DNA of 64,000 bases from Alphaproteobacteria bacterium (GTDB lineage: Bacteria; Pseudomonadota; Alphaproteobacteria; CAAGCB01; CAG-977): positions 75,063 through 139,062 of the forward strand of contig JAKSVU010000002.1 of NCBI GenBank assembly GCA_024413465.1. Direction: 5' to 3'. Of the stretch, positions 10,401 through 19,006 are shown piece by piece. The notes under the pieces were generated by a model, which was not told the origin of the DNA, searched no databases, and saw only the letters and a list, made by a program, of their open reading frames with translations. The translations under genes were made by a program, and so were the position numbers. How positions within the stretch are numbered: the first letter of the stretch is position 1; every line of letters begins with the position of its first letter.

Positions 10401-13400
10401 GGTTTGACTGTTCAAAATATTGATGTTTTAAGTGGAGAATTAAAGAATTCATCTAATGGCGGAGAAGGGTTAATAGTTTCTAATTCTGGACATTTTGGGA
10501 ATGGAACAATTGGTGGATTAAGTAAATTAACTGCAGCTAATAATGATGTTAGATTCACATTTGATGGTACAAATACCCTTGTAAGTTATGATATGAATAA
10601 TACGAATTCTGTTGTTCAGATTAATCAAGGGGGAACCTTAAATTTAAAAGATTGGTCAAATGAAACGACTGATCATAAGTTTATAGGGGCAGGAACTTTA
10701 TCTGTGCAAAAGGATTCAGGAGAATTAAAGTCCACAATTGAAAATTTAGGTGTGTTAGAAATTAATGCTTCTTCCTTTACGTTATCGTCACAATTGAATA
10801 ATTTGGGTGAATTAGATTTAGAACAAGGTGGTACAACAATTGCTTCAAATGGAACTGTTGGAACTTTAGTAATTGATCAATCTTCAACAATTGTTAATGG
10901 AACACTTACAATTACGAATAAACTAGACGTTCAAGAAGATACTTCAGGTACAGGTACGTTCATTATTCAATCTGGTTCTGCTGATTTTGGTGCTAACTTT
11001 GCAGGTAATTTAGAAATTGGTTCTGTTGCAAATATCAAAGAGAATATTTCACTTGGAAATGTTACATTCTCTTCAAGTAACGGTGGAACATTGAATATTG
11101 AAGAAGGAAAAACGTTAACTTTGAGTTCTTTGACAACAAGTGGAAGAAACGTTGTTAATGGTGCAGGTGTTTTAGCTGTTAGTGGTTCAGGATCAAGTTT
11201 TGGTGCTCCAATCAATGGATTAGGAAAGTTAGATTTAAAAACGTCTAGTTCAGATGCTACTTTTAATCGAAGTGCAAATATTTCAGAAATTTCATTTGCC
11301 GGAGGTAGTTCAGTTACAGTAAATTCTGGATATACGTTGACTGTATCGACGTTGTCAGGAACAGGAACTCCGAGTGTCCAGGGAGCTGGAACGTTTTCTT
11401 TTGATGGTAATACAAGTGAGTCAGATTTGAACGTTGGTAGTGGATTAGGAACGTTAAACGTTATTTCTGGTAAAATAAAAATAGTTGAAGACGGAACAAT
11501 CGGAAACGTGTCTTTGTCTATGGGTAATTTAGCTGTTGCAGATGGTAAGACTTTGACGGTAAATAACATAGATGGAGCAGGTGAATTATCTGCTGAGGGA
11601 AGTTATTCTGCTAAGTTAGTTCTTAACAATTCTGCAAATTTTGTAAAGAACGTTTCTAACTTTAATACGATTATGTCAACGGGAAGAACTGTTTTTCAGA
11701 ATGGAATTGATGTTACAAACTTGAATATAGCTTCAGGAATGACTTCAATTAATGGAACTTCAAATACAATTGGAACGCTAACAATTGATGGAACTTTGGA
11801 TATTGGTGGGTATCAAAAAGTAAATGCTACAAATGTTACCTTTAATCCAGGTTCTTCCTTAAATTTGAATATTAATCCAGAATCGCTAGCTTTAGGGCAA
11901 ATTCAATCTTCAAATGTAACAATTAATCCTAATGTAGCTTTAAATTTGAATATCGGATATGGTGTGAAAAAGGATGGGATGGAATTCCGAGTTGTTGATG
12001 GCGGTGTTCCTAATGGTGAATTTTCAGTGGTTTCAAATAATCGCTATAATTTGACAAATACAAATTGTTCAGGTGGCTTGTGTTATAAAATTGTTCAGAC
12101 TGCAACAGGGGAAGAAGTTGTAAATCAGTCTGGAGGAAGTAACAATGATGCTGCAGTTGCAAGGGCTGTTTTAGATAGTGAAATTTTCAAACCAACAGAT
12201 AGATTCTACCCAGTTGCGGTACGATTGTATGATTTGTCTTTATATGGAAGTGCCAAGGAATATCGTGATGCTTTGACAACAGTTGCACCTGATGTGACAG
12301 GATCTGCGATGAAGCAATCTATTGACGTCCAATCACAAATCACAAATATTGCTTTTTCAAGATTACAACGGTTGGGGAGTAATTTAGGATCAAGAGCAAC
12401 AAATTATGGTTATAAAAAAGCCTATGGACATGCAGGTGGTAATTACTATAAATATCGTGGTAATTCTAGAAGTTCGTACAGAAGTAGTGATTTAGGTGAT
12501 ATCAAAAAATATAAGCGAAACAATGAATATGAATATTATCGTGTAAAACCGACTACCGTCCAAAAGTATGATGCTAGAAAGTATAATCGTTATCAAGATG
12601 TAACACCTACAACAGGAAAAGTAGAAACTTCGGTTGCTCCAAATTATCAAAAGTATTATGGAGCTTCATCTTCGGATCCAAAACGTTATGAAAGATTTAA
12701 AAATTCCTATGGTGTGTATGAAAATAATGAACGTTTAGATTCTACAGATCCGAAGAAATATTCTCGTTCTCGTGATACCATTTTATATCAACAAGAAAAA
12801 ACACAAACTGTTTTGACTCCGGAAAAGAAGTATCAGCGTAAGATTTTACAGCCATCATCAAATGGAACGGTTGTTGCAGATTCTATGAAATATAAACATA
12901 CAGGATATCAACCTTTCCAAAATAGACTTGATTTTGGCGTATGGGCAGAAGGTTTCTTCAATACAAACGAATATAAAAATGAAAATGATCCAGATGGGTT
13001 CTCTTCGGATACAACCGGATTTGCAACAGGTATGGATATCTCATTTCTTGATATGTTTGCATTCGGCGTTGGGTATTCAAATTCACAAACAGATTTGAAG
13101 ACGTTGAATCGTAAGACTGACGTTAATGGAAATACGTTCTTTATGTATGGTATGGTTAAGCCTAATAATTTCTACGTCAGTGGATTCTTGGGCTTTACAT
13201 CAAATGAATATAAAGAACATAAGAAGATTAAAGGCATTAAAGAAATCGAAGATAATTATGATGGTAGTTCAGTCGGAGCTCAGATTAATATTGGTTATGA
13301 TTTAGGACAATGGCATCCAGAAGTTGGTGTTCGCTATACCAATGCAAAATTTGATGCAAGAACTGATTCTGTTGGTCAAAAGGTTGATTCATACAGTGGT

Positions 13401-13718
13401 ACCGTTGGTACGGCATTGGCAAATGTAACATATGAGACGGATTTACGTAGAACTGATTCCGATGTTGTTTCTGCTGATTTTAGCGTAGGAGTTTCTTATG
13501 ATTTCAAAACAGCAAAACAAAAAAATACTGTTGCTTTAGAAAATGGATCAAGTTATACCGTTGAAGGAGCTTCTTTGGATAAGTTTGGTATTGAAGCCGG
13601 AGCTGGTATTTCATATAAGGCAAATGATCACGTTGAATTTCGTGCTGAATATGATTGCGATTATAAAAAAGATTTCATATCACATTCTTTGAAAGCACAT
13701 GTTCGTTATAACTTTTAA
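7497..13718 (+). CDS. giant classical (type Va) autotransporter with beta-helical passenger and C-terminal beta-barrel
   Basis: The ORF opens at 7473. ATG 7497 is preferred (RBS AGGAA; signal peptide MRIKKNWKFAGLLMLSTALMPVPGYTSA). There are ~1600 aa of Gly/Thr/Ser/Asn-rich pseudo-repeats (GTL, NGT, LxV), then a Y/K-rich linker. The last ~300 aa have alternating hydrophobic beta-strand patterning and end in the aromatic residue ...RYNF. Confidence 0.85.
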   Translation: MRIKKNWKFAGLLMLSTALMPVPGYTSATLEISSQPLGNQYVDERTATNDVEITSTGDIKFNSSFKELWSYYSYVTNETGEVSFERIGDTVTYTPEQVQSAPQDYKGDIVFSSSGKFSDSDDAGIRIYKGLDVLEIGQSEIQTPGNIIIQAGTFNFTQKQGEILLRRSASGNFTINGGKFVVGEHGKALIGQKFYSDGGFGKTSTKLFINSGTLDIAAGGILQFSGYNVQYGGGSTNKVMITDSSAGILSFIGGNSESAKTIDIKDSIDLSQGELNLYSGNMILNADVTVKKFSFGDTTDVDATILGIKTPEGQILNVDKSHHLTVSEDFVMKSNSHLIGDGVLSLEHGASATFGILDFGTISVSGQNGSDVYGTITFMGAANLINLEAEGSKIQNNSNLTVENLTLKANGADKSELTLAKADEGGTAYLYIDHFDIEGGTVVFNQDSQLYIRKDAIINELTTINGKGTINFTSDPSKETGVLEFKDSVENSTKTISIAETINLVVGNGGTVDFNLSNGLTGFNLVSVEDGLLKVSQSENIIHKLVLGQAASSKSFVLQVAEGATLNFDKYAYIYPGAQLNIDGTLSINGTTDEGEYVVSGKSSTIAAAKGTETNVVGSGTLQLIGKITSNASYNIENLVIGDGTTTTVTHDTRGTSSSDWSSQHFAQNLTVNANAILNIDGGELDTAGLSGDGTIVINTNGILGVDSTSELTGVGSISGDGTLKLLNATNMTLLADSSSSLKVSIGTGTLTIGTDGSTSNTKFGSLSFNDSANGGSVVINDGSSLSLGSINVSGKSSLIGKGSLYLATAPADYGKISYISGGGNLDFNKIEITYGGLIVSRSGKIEDLTTIGLQVSGSGTLLNVNKITADGNSGGIGLTDGASLQVEKFMTSSTVVGTGTLVAGEGQFDSHAVSDFMGYAYPVLDTLDKSLSGILTVQGEINNVRVTQGTLEIEGTNHFYASELTKLGLTVQNIDVLSGELKNSSNGGEGLIVSNSGHFGNGTIGGLSKLTAANNDVRFTFDGTNTLVSYDMNNTNSVVQINQGGTLNLKDWSNETTDHKFIGAGTLSVQKDSGELKSTIENLGVLEINASSFTLSSQLNNLGELDLEQGGTTIASNGTVGTLVIDQSSTIVNGTLTITNKLDVQEDTSGTGTFIIQSGSADFGANFAGNLEIGSVANIKENISLGNVTFSSSNGGTLNIEEGKTLTLSSLTTSGRNVVNGAGVLAVSGSGSSFGAPINGLGKLDLKTSSSDATFNRSANISEISFAGGSSVTVNSGYTLTVSTLSGTGTPSVQGAGTFSFDGNTSESDLNVGSGLGTLNVISGKIKIVEDGTIGNVSLSMGNLAVADGKTLTVNNIDGAGELSAEGSYSAKLVLNNSANFVKNVSNFNTIMSTGRTVFQNGIDVTNLNIASGMTSINGTSNTIGTLTIDGTLDIGGYQKVNATNVTFNPGSSLNLNINPESLALGQIQSSNVTINPNVALNLNIGYGVKKDGMEFRVVDGGVPNGEFSVVSNNRYNLTNTNCSGGLCYKIVQTATGEEVVNQSGGSNNDAAVARAVLDSEIFKPTDRFYPVAVRLYDLSLYGSAKEYRDALTTVAPDVTGSAMKQSIDVQSQITNIAFSRLQRLGSNLGSRATNYGYKKAYGHAGGNYYKYRGNSRSSYRSSDLGDIKKYKRNNEYEYYRVKPTTVQKYDARKYNRYQDVTPTTGKVETSVAPNYQKYYGASSSDPKRYERFKNSYGVYENNERLDSTDPKKYSRSRDTILYQQEKTQTVLTPEKKYQRKILQPSSNGTVVADSMKYKHTGYQPFQNRLDFGVWAEGFFNTNEYKNENDPDGFSSDTTGFATGMDISFLDMFAFGVGYSNSQTDLKTLNRKTDVNGNTFFMYGMVKPNNFYVSGFLGFTSNEYKEHKKIKGIKEIEDNYDGSSVGAQINIGYDLGQWHPEVGVRYTNAKFDARTDSVGQKVDSYSGTVGTALANVTYETDLRRTDSDVVSADFSVGVSYDFKTAKQKNTVALENGSSYTVEGASLDKFGIEAGAGISYKANDHVEFRAEYDCDYKKDFISHSLKAHVRYNF

Positions 13719-13973
13719 TGATTAAAAATTTCCCTTGATTAATAAGGCTGTAAAAAGCCCCGAAGATTTTAATAGCATTTTTCAGGGAAATTTTTTGTCG
13801 CTTTTTCTTAAAATATGACAAGTTTTGGTATTTTTTTCTGATATATATTTGTTTGAAACAGAAAAAGTTTCATTTTTGTTCTTTTTATACTTGAAAAATG
13901 AGAACAAATTTGGTACATATAGTTCAATGTTGATTTTAAATTGAATTTATGAAATAACAGAAGGACAAAAAAG

Positions 13974-15041
13974 ATGAGTGATGAACAACAGGATTTACAT
14001 TTGGTGGATAAGAAAACAATGGAAAAAGAAAAAGCATTACAAGCAGCATTAAGTCAAATCGAACGTTCCTTTGGTAAAGGAGCCGTTATGCGTTTGGGAC
14101 AACAGAGTGATGCAGAAGGAATTCAAACAATTTCTTCTGGATCTTTAGGGTTAGATATTGCATTAGGAATTGGTGGACTTCCTCGTGGACGTATTATTGA
14201 AGTTTATGGTCCAGAAAGTTCTGGTAAAACGACGTTAGCTCAACACGTTGTTGCTGAAGCTCAGAAAAACGGGGGGCAGTGTGCTTACGTTGATGCTGAA
14301 CATGCTTTAGATCCTACTTATGCCAAAAAATTGGGTGTTGATATTGATAACCTTTTGATTTCACAACCTGATACAGGGGAACAAGCTTTGGAAATTGCAG
14401 ATACACTTGTTCGTTCTGGAGCAATAGACGTTTTAGTTGTCGATTCTGTTGCAGCTTTGGTTCCAAAGGCAGAATTAGAAGGGGAGATGGGAGATTCACA
14501 CGTCGGATTGCAAGCTCGTTTGATGTCCCAAGCTTTGCGTAAGTTGGCAGGTTCCGTAGCCCGTTCTAATACGTTGGTTATTTTTATTAACCAATTGCGT
14601 ATGAAAATCGGCGTTATGTTTGGTAATCCTGAAACAACAACAGGTGGTAATGCTCTGAAATTTTATGCTTCTGTTCGTATTGAAATTCGTCGTGGTCCTC
14701 AAATTAAAGATAAAGAGGAAGTTGTTGGAAATAGTGCAACAGTAAAAGTTGTCAAAAATAAAGTTGCCCCTCCATTCAGATCAGTTGAATTTGATATTAT
14801 GTATGGGGAAGGTATTTCTAAAACAGGTGAATTAATTGATTTAGGTGTAAAAGCTGGATTGATTGAAAAGGCAGGTGCTTGGTTGTCATACGGAAAAGAA
14901 CGTTGGCAAGGAAAAGAAAATGCTCGTGCTTTCTTGAAAGAAAATCAAACTGTTGCCGATGAATTGGAACAAAAAATTCGAGAAAAAGCAGGATTGTTAT
15001 CTAATAAGATGATAAATGAAGAACCTGAAGAGGAAAATTGA
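13974..15041 (+). CDS. recA: recombinase A
   Basis: Walker [10 protein letters not shown] plus the rest of the RecA core. The RBS is aaggacaaaaaag. Confidence 0.95.
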   Translation: MSDEQQDLHLVDKKTMEKEKALQAALSQIERSFGKGAVMRLGQQSDAEGIQTISSGSLGLDIALGIGGLPRGRIIEVYGPESSGKTTLAQHVVAEAQKNGGQCAYVDAEHALDPTYAKKLGVDIDNLLISQPDTGEQALEIADTLVRSGAIDVLVVDSVAALVPKAELEGEMGDSHVGLQARLMSQALRKLAGSVARSNTLVIFINQLRMKIGVMFGNPETTTGGNALKFYASVRIEIRRGPQIKDKEEVVGNSATVKVVKNKVAPPFRSVEFDIMYGEGISKTGELIDLGVKAGLIEKAGAWLSYGKERWQGKENARAFLKENQTVADELEQKIREKAGLLSNKMINEEPEEEN

Positions 15042-15064
15042 TTTCACAAATTAGCTATTTCAAA

Positions 15065-15103
15065 ATAAGGCAATTCAAGTAATAAGTTGCCTTATTTTTT
15101 TTG
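15065..15103 (+). terminator. Rho-independent terminator after recA
   Basis: ataaggcaa...ttgccttat followed by ttttttt. Confidence 0.6.
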
Positions 15104-15120
15104 AATTATTTAAAAAAATA

Positions 15121-15150
15121 AAAAAAAACCTAGCTTTCGCTAGGTTTTTA
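15121..15150. terminator. bidirectional hairpin terminator (A8-stem-T5) downstream of the minus-strand tRNA genes
   Basis: aaaaaaaa cctagc tttc gctagg ttttt. Confidence 0.5.
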
Positions 15151-15152
15151 AT

Positions 15153-15227
15153 TGGCTCCGCGAGTAGGATTCGAACCTACGACCAGCCGGTTAACAGCCG
15201 GCTGCTCTACCGCTGAGCTATCGCGGA
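15153..15227 (-). tRNA. tRNA-Asn (anticodon GTT)
   Basis: The reverse complement folds as a cloverleaf: acceptor TCCGCGA/TCGCGGA, anticodon loop CTGTTAA, T-arm GGTTCGAATCC, 3' CCA encoded. Confidence 0.85.
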
Positions 15228-15236
15228 ATGATAGCT

Positions 15237-15310
15237 TGGAGGCCGAAACCGGAATCGAACCGATATACAAGGATTTGCAGTCCTCTGCATAACCATTCTG
15301 CCATTCGGCC
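15237..15310 (-). tRNA. tRNA-Cys (anticodon GCA)
   Basis: Reverse complement GGCCGAATGGCAGAATGG...CTGCAAA...GGTTCGATTCC...CCA. Confidence 0.85.
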
Positions 15311-15441
15311 CTTTTCGGTATAGTCTCAATCGACAAGATGGATTTATATACCTATAAAAGTAACTCGTCAATAGAAAAAATAAAATTTTTTACTTTTTTT
15401 TTCAAATGGAAAAATAATCGCAAGAACAAGTATTTCTACGC

Positions 15442-15471
15442 TTGACAAACTTGTTTTTATTTTTTTAAAAT
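15442..15471 (+). promoter_or_regulatory. sigma70-like promoter for hupB (TTGACA-N18-TAAAAT)
   Basis: Perfect -35 hexamer, 18-nt spacer, 5/6 -10 match, ~35 nt upstream of the hupB ATG. Confidence 0.4.
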
Positions 15472-15505
15472 GCCTTTGTATTATTCATTTATGAGGAGTT
15501 TAATT

Positions 15506-15778
15506 ATGAATAAAGCAGAATTAGTTGCAGCAATTGCAAAGAATGCAGGTTTAACAAAAGTTGATGCTGAAAAAGCATTAGAAGCTACAATGGACGCAAT
15601 TGAAGCAACATTGAAAGCTGGTGACGAAGTTCGTTTGGTTGGCTTCGGTACATTTGCTGTTGCTACACGTAAAGCAACAGTAGGTCGTAACCCTCGTACA
15701 GGTAAGGAAATTAAAATCCCAGCTTCTAAAGCTCCAAAATTCAAAGCTGGTAAATTATTGAAAGATGCTTTGAATTAA
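15506..15778 (+). CDS. hupB: DNA-binding protein HU
   Basis: MNKAELVAAIA...GFGTF...RNPRTG is the HU/IHF signature. The RBS GAGGAG supports ATG 15506 rather than the longer ORF from 15470. Confidence 0.9.
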   Translation: MNKAELVAAIAKNAGLTKVDAEKALEATMDAIEATLKAGDEVRLVGFGTFAVATRKATVGRNPRTGKEIKIPASKAPKFKAGKLLKDALN

Positions 15779-15800
15779 TCTTTATTTTTTAAAGATTTCT

Positions 15801-15840
15801 AGAGATCTCTAATTATTCGTAATTAGAGATCTTTTTTTTG
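15801..15840 (+). terminator. Rho-independent terminator after hupB
   Basis: 13-15 bp stem agagatctctaatta/taattagagatct with a T8 run. Confidence 0.65.
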
Positions 15841-15903
15841 TTTTATTTAAGAAAAAGAGCGTGATAATATGACACCAAGTCGTTTTATAGAAAGTTAAAT
15901 AGG

Positions 15904-16590
15904 ATGTTTTCTCCAATCAACCTGAAAGAATTTTATCGAGTTTCTCGGAAAAATATGGTTTATAGACAAATTGTTCCCGAGGGTGTTACAGATTGGAATG
16001 TGTTAAATGCCTTAAAATCAGTTCCACGAGAGATTTTTGTTCCAGAACGTATTCAACCAAGAGCCTATATGGATCAACATATATATGTTGATTCTTATAA
16101 ATTCTTTTTAAAACCAGTTATTTTTGGAAAATTGTTGGAAAAAGCACATTTTACAAAAAATGATTTCGTCTTGAATTTAAATTGCCAGGGAGGATATACA
16201 ACTTTTGTTTTGGCAAAAATGACAAAAATGGTTGTTGGAATTGAAAAAAATATCAATTCATTTTATTTTGCAGAGGATTTTCAGGAAGAACATCAAATTG
16301 ATAATGTTGCTTTTTTTAATACTGAGGATTTAACTTTTTTGAAAAAACAATCTTTGTTTGATGCAATCTTTATCGATTCTATTATTCCAAGAATTCCAGA
16401 ACATATTGAAGATTATTTAACAGATAGTGGGCGGTTAATTTGTGTAACTCTTCCGTTAGATAGTAATATTGGAACTGCTGGGATTTACATAAAAAAACAA
16501 GGGAATTTAGAACTTAATTTTTCAATTGAAACAGATTTAAAATCATTTCCTCGAATTTTAAAAATTGATACAGAAGAATCTGATAACTAA
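15904..16590 (+). CDS. protein-L-isoaspartate O-methyltransferase family protein
   Basis: VLNALKSVPREIFVP motif and methyltransferase fold. Its position upstream of tolC matches Brucella-type synteny. Confidence 0.6.
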   Translation: MFSPINLKEFYRVSRKNMVYRQIVPEGVTDWNVLNALKSVPREIFVPERIQPRAYMDQHIYVDSYKFFLKPVIFGKLLEKAHFTKNDFVLNLNCQGGYTTFVLAKMTKMVVGIEKNINSFYFAEDFQEEHQIDNVAFFNTEDLTFLKKQSLFDAIFIDSIIPRIPEHIEDYLTDSGRLICVTLPLDSNIGTAGIYIKKQGNLELNFSIETDLKSFPRILKIDTEESDN

Positions 16591-16688
16591 AAATATGGCA
16601 ATTAATCTGTTTTTTTATCAACTATTTCTTGATATCTGTCAGTTTTACATATAAATATAATGTAAGTTTTTTAACCTAGGTGGATAAA

Positions 16689-18173
16689 ATGAATAAGAAT
16701 TTAATAAAATCAGTTTTGTTTTTAGGAACTTTTTTGTTGTCTGGAACTGCATCTGCAGAAATGACGTTGCAATCAGCACTGGAAAGAACATTTCAAGAGA
16801 ATCCAACTATTAAAGCTCAAGAACATTACGTCAATTCTGTGAAAGCAGAAATGGATAAAGCAAAGTCAGGTTTTAAGCCAACGGTTGTTGGGACAGGAAG
16901 TTATGGCAACGTTCATACTCATTCCAGAACAAATCCTATTCATTCGAATAATCATAGTAAGCCAGTCAATTATGGTGTTTCTTTAAAACAACCAATTTTT
17001 TCAGGATTATCCACTTACAATGAATTAAAAAAATCAAAGGCAGAATATAGTTCTGCAGAAGCAGCATTAAATCAGGTTCGTCAAGATGTTTTGTTGAAAG
17101 CAGTTGTTGCTTATACAGATGTTTTAGATGCTCAAGCTGTTTTAGATTTAAATATTAACAATGAAAAAGTATTGAAGCGTCAGCGTGATTATACGTCAGA
17201 TCGTTTTCAAGTTGGTGAATTGACAAGAACGGATGATGCTCAAGCAAATGCAAGATATGCTGGTGCTCAATCAGATTTAATTAAAGCGGAAGGTGATATG
17301 AAGGTCGCCTTGGCTGCTTTTGAAGAAATAGTCGGTGTTCATTTGGAAGATCCAAGAGAGTTAGTTGAACCTGTTATTGCAATATTGACGGAGACTCTTC
17401 CAGATCAATTAAAAATTGCATTTTCAGATGTTAATAAAGCTGTTGATATTGCTTTGAAATTTAATCCAAATATTCTTGTTGCTGAAGAAAATTTAAAAGC
17501 TGCGAAGGCAAACGTAAGCGTTGCAAAAGCAGGATATTCTCCAATGTTAGATTTGGAAGCTGGATATAATGTTTATCGTGCTGGTCCACATGGAAGTAGT
17601 GGGTATGATTCAAATTATAAATCCATAGGGGATTTAGGTCGTGAACGTGGTGAAGAAGGTTCAGTTCGATTGGTTTTGACAGTTCCCTTTTACCAGGCAG
17701 GAACAGTAAGTGCTACCGTTAAGCAAACTTTGGGTATAAAGGAAAAAAGTGAGCAAAATTTAATTGACGTAAAAAGAAATGTTCAGAGAAATGTTACTGA
17801 GGCTTGGCAAAAATATCATTCTGTGCAAGATAGTTTGATTGCTTTGCAAGAGCAAGTAAAAGCAAATGAAATTGCTGTTGAAGGTGTAAAAAGTGAAGAA
17901 CAAAGTGGTGCTAGAACGACTTTAGACGTTTTAAATGCTGAACAAGAATTAAAGGCTGCTAAGGTTTCTTTGGTTAATGCTCAAAAAAATATGATTGATT
18001 GTACCTATAATTTATTGGCACAAATGGGGGCAATGACACCAAGTTTGTTAAACTTGTTTGAAACTCCGGTCGAAGTTGTTCCTTCACGAAAAGAGATGGT
18101 GGAAGAAAAAATTGAAAATATTGATGAAAATTCTTTGCCTGTTCAGCAAAAATTAACTAATGATGCTCAATAA
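16689..18173 (+). CDS. tolC: TolC-family outer membrane efflux protein
   Basis: Signal peptide plus two tandem OEP repeats. ATG 16689 with RBS AGGTGGA is preferred over GTG 16680. Confidence 0.8.
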   Translation: MNKNLIKSVLFLGTFLLSGTASAEMTLQSALERTFQENPTIKAQEHYVNSVKAEMDKAKSGFKPTVVGTGSYGNVHTHSRTNPIHSNNHSKPVNYGVSLKQPIFSGLSTYNELKKSKAEYSSAEAALNQVRQDVLLKAVVAYTDVLDAQAVLDLNINNEKVLKRQRDYTSDRFQVGELTRTDDAQANARYAGAQSDLIKAEGDMKVALAAFEEIVGVHLEDPRELVEPVIAILTETLPDQLKIAFSDVNKAVDIALKFNPNILVAEENLKAAKANVSVAKAGYSPMLDLEAGYNVYRAGPHGSSGYDSNYKSIGDLGRERGEEGSVRLVLTVPFYQAGTVSATVKQTLGIKEKSEQNLIDVKRNVQRNVTEAWQKYHSVQDSLIALQEQVKANEIAVEGVKSEEQSGARTTLDVLNAEQELKAAKVSLVNAQKNMIDCTYNLLAQMGAMTPSLLNLFETPVEVVPSRKEMVEEKIENIDENSLPVQQKLTNDAQ

Positions 18174-18238
18174 TAAAAGTTGATGACTTGCACCAATGCA
18201 ATGAAATGGGTATAAAGTTAGAAAATGGATTGTAATTA

Positions 18239-18949
18239 ATGACAGAACAGGTAGATACACAATCAATGGCCCAAATTATGGCCTCTATCAAAAACATTTT
18301 GTCTGAAGAAGATGAAAAAGTTGATGCGATTGATGCCAAGGAAGCACAGGAAAATAAAGAAAAAGCAGCTTTTAGTGTCAAAGATTTTGAAGATCCTCAT
18401 GCGAAAGTTAAAGATCCAGAACCAGAAACGGAGGATAGTCGAGAAGAGAAAGTTGTCGAATTAACTTCGGAAATGGTGATTGAAGAGGAACCTGCTGAGG
18501 TAAAATCTGAAGATAAGAAAAGTGAAGAACCTGTTGTTGAAGTGAAAAAAGAAGAAAAAATTGAACAACCAGTTTCTGAGGCTGTTGAGGAAGATGAGGA
18601 AGATTATAAACCTGTACCAGTTATTCCAGCTGAAGATGTGGTTGAAGAAGATTTGTCAAATTTAATGGCTGAACAAGATGAAAGTGTTGCTTCCATTGAT
18701 AATGATGATGAATCTCTAATGTCTGGGAGTGCTATTGAAGCTGCAACAAGTTCCCTATCTGCATTAAAATCAATAGCTGATGATGAAAGATTATCATTGG
18801 GACATGGTGGATTAACTATTGAGATTATTGTTCGCGAAACGCTGAAACCGTTGTTGCGAGAGTGGTTGAATAAAAATTTGCCTCCAATAGTGGAACGAGT
18901 TGTTAAAAAAGAAGTTGCCCATATTATTGATCGGCTGAATATCAAATAA
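18239..18949 (+). CDS. PopZ-like acidic protein with C-terminal DUF2497 domain
   Basis: Highly acidic Glu/Asp/Pro-rich body and a conserved C-terminal block IVRETLKPLLREWLNKNLPPIVERVVKKEV. It sits immediately upstream of valS, as popZ does in other alphaproteobacteria. Confidence 0.65.
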   Translation: MTEQVDTQSMAQIMASIKNILSEEDEKVDAIDAKEAQENKEKAAFSVKDFEDPHAKVKDPEPETEDSREEKVVELTSEMVIEEEPAEVKSEDKKSEEPVVEVKKEEKIEQPVSEAVEEDEEDYKPVPVIPAEDVVEEDLSNLMAEQDESVASIDNDDESLMSGSAIEAATSSLSALKSIADDERLSLGHGGLTIEIIVRETLKPLLREWLNKNLPPIVERVVKKEVAHIIDRLNIK

Positions 18950-18960
18950 TAAATTTTAAT

Positions 18961-18995
18961 ATCCTCAGACCGATAATATCTGAGGATTTTTTTTG
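18961..18995 (+). terminator. Rho-independent terminator
   Basis: atcctcaga...tctgaggat followed by T8. Confidence 0.6.
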
Positions 18996-19006
18996 AGGAG
19001 TTTTTA

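Noticed and set aside
9497-11569. Antisense ORFs (113 aa and 200 aa) inside the autotransporter gene
   Set aside because: They are opposite-strand frames kept open by the repetitive Gly/Thr/Ser/Asn codon composition of the passenger domain. They have Pro/Val-rich low-complexity translations and no RBS.
15148-15336. 62-aa ORF on the minus strand
   Set aside because: It coincides with the tRNA-Asn and tRNA-Cys genes, so the open frame is incidental.
15121-15340. tRNA-Asn/tRNA-Cys pair as an integration hotspot with an adjacent island
   Set aside because: No integrase, direct repeat of a tRNA 3' end, or compositionally distinct DNA flanks the tRNAs. Both sides are conserved housekeeping genes (recA, hupB).
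15481-15744. 87-aa ORF antisense to hupB
   Set aside because: The plus-strand HU gene is unambiguous, and the antisense frame is an artefact of Ala/Lys codon bias.
18604-18945. 113-aa ORF antisense to the PopZ-like gene
   Set aside because: It is antisense to a conserved gene and driven by the GAA/GAT-rich acidic coding repeat.
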